A stretch of DNA of 63,751 nucleotides, filler included, from Hyphochytrium catenoides (taxonomy: Eukaryota; Protista; Hyphochytriomycota), in the NCBI GenBank assembly GCA_900088475.1. It is 12 parts of 12 records of this genome, joined end to end, with 100 filler letters (N's around TTAATTAATTAA, not from the genome) between each part and the next. Parts side by side here need not be neighbours in the genome. Positions count along the whole stretch, not along the records: positions 62,605 to 63,751 come from FLMG01000209.1; 11 more parts are not named here. One strand, 5' to 3'. The notes beneath the pieces are model-generated. The model was not told the DNA's origin, did no database searches, and saw nothing but the letters and a program-made list of their open reading frames with translations. Position 1 is the first letter of the stretch. Each line of letters begins with the position of its first letter. The position numbers and the translations under genes were made by a program. This document shows positions 62,605-63,751 of this stretch, in pieces.

Positions 62605-63751
62605 TTGGTAAGGAAAGAGATGAGGGTTGTCACAATATTGTTGACATTGAGGCTCTCAAACTCCTCTTGCAATTTCAACCGTGCCTCCCTGGCAGTTCCC
62701 TTCCTTGGTAAGAAGCGCACGAGGTTGTCGGACACGGCAAGGACAATCTTGATGTAGGCTTTCTTGTCATCCCTGAGCCATTTTGAGTCCTGTTCACGTC
62801 CTGCGGTTTTCTCGTCCTCCTTTTTAGTGTCCGCTGTAGAGGTTCCAGAGGGTTCGGGATCCGTAATGTGGTCCAGTAGACCTAGCTCGTCCAGATAGGC
62901 TTCCATTTTGACACTCCAGATAGGGTAGTCGTCTCGTCCTTGAAGCTTGTTGATGGATAGAGTTCCTGAGGTTTGAGAGTCCATTTTCTCTGGAAGTAGA
63001 GGGGATACGGAAGGTTTGATTGCAGGGTCTTGATCTCCGTAAAAAATGGGTACTCCGGTATTTTTGACAGATTTTGACAAAATGTCAAATATGGTGCTCC
63101 AAATGATATCAAACAAGGTATATTTCACACCTCAGACTGGTAAAACTGACACGGTTCTGTGAATTAAGAGCTTTGGCTGTCAATTCACAGAAGTGTCAAA
63201 TATGGTCAATTACTGTCAAATATCCTGTCAAGTATCGGGATAATTGACAGAGAATTGGCGATAATTGACACAAAGCTGGAAAATTCACTTATTGAGTGTG
63301 AATTCACAACTGGGGATGGTAACGGCAATGGTCTTCGGGTTCCGATCCTGGAGGAGAGTTGGATACTCCAGGAGTGGTCTTGGTCTTGATCCGGGAGGAG
63401 AGTTGGTTACTCCAGGGGGTAGCTTGTTCTTGGTCTTGGTTTGGTTGGTCCAGAGAGCTCGCTGAAGTCCTGGAGGAAGCGTGGGCCCATAACCTGTTAA
63501 AATGTATGGGATTTGAAGACACTCTTATTTAGGTTATGTGGTCTACTGATATGCTCGAAGTGAGTATGAAGAGCTTATGGGACCCTGTTTCCTAGTTATC
63601 ACGTTATCTAGTTGCTCTGGAGAGTAACTGTGTCTCGTATAAACTACTAGACCCAGTTACTACTTCTTGTCGTCGTATCAATACAGCAGGCAAGCCTGAG
63701 GGCTCCCCCTTTTAGATATGGGTAATCCAGCCTTGACCGGCAGGATTATTT
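62605..63751 (-). mobile_element. Ty1/copia element 5' part: LTR (63495->63751), PBS (63482-63494), ~500-bp leader, gag (ATG 62984)
   Basis: The LTR ends ...TTAACA and is followed by GGTTATGGGCCCA (half-tRNAiMet-type PBS). The gag reads KLQGRDDYPIWSVKMEAYL...W...DKKAYIKIVLAVSD...TAREARLKLQEEFE. Confidence 0.88.

Noticed and set aside
63060-63310. TTGACA as bacterial -35 promoter boxes
   Set aside because: The context is a eukaryotic retrotransposon, the motifs occur in both orientations, and there are no properly spaced -10 boxes.
30180-63751. Functional cluster of signalling genes (PI3K, PP1 regulator, PP2A, channel, Cdc25)
   Set aside because: The channel and Cdc25 are on separate concatenated contigs. 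Co-location of the contig-1 genes is unremarkable in a eukaryote.

Overview
Eukaryotic, intron-rich genomic DNA in the standard genetic code, most consistent with a stramenopile (inferred from the protein sequences). The window is not one locus. Eleven artificial N-TTAATTAATTAA-N linkers join 12 separate contigs, so neighbourhood across linkers means nothing. Contig 1 (1-30179) holds a ~24-exon class-I-like PI3-kinase whose N-terminus carries a cyclic-nucleotide-binding domain and a GAF domain, with no recognisable ABD/RBD. It also holds an intronless protein with a neurabin/Phactr-type PP1-binding motif, TRAPPC10/Trs130, and a convergent PP2A B56 subunit. Later contigs hold a decayed duplicated coiled-coil gene ending in a ~100-bp-arm hairpin, an Mpv17/PMP22 protein, a stand-alone RibD-C/Rib7-type reductase, an intronless GST(EF1Bgamma-like)-AsnRS fusion, most of a 4-domain voltage-gated Ca/Na channel, the 3' end of a Cdc25-like phosphatase, a tRNA fragment, and Ty3/gypsy and Ty1/copia debris. 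Most six-frame ORFs are artefacts of (GA)n/(CT)n intronic microsatellites. The best candidate for an undescribed system is the putative cyclic-nucleotide-regulated PI3K.
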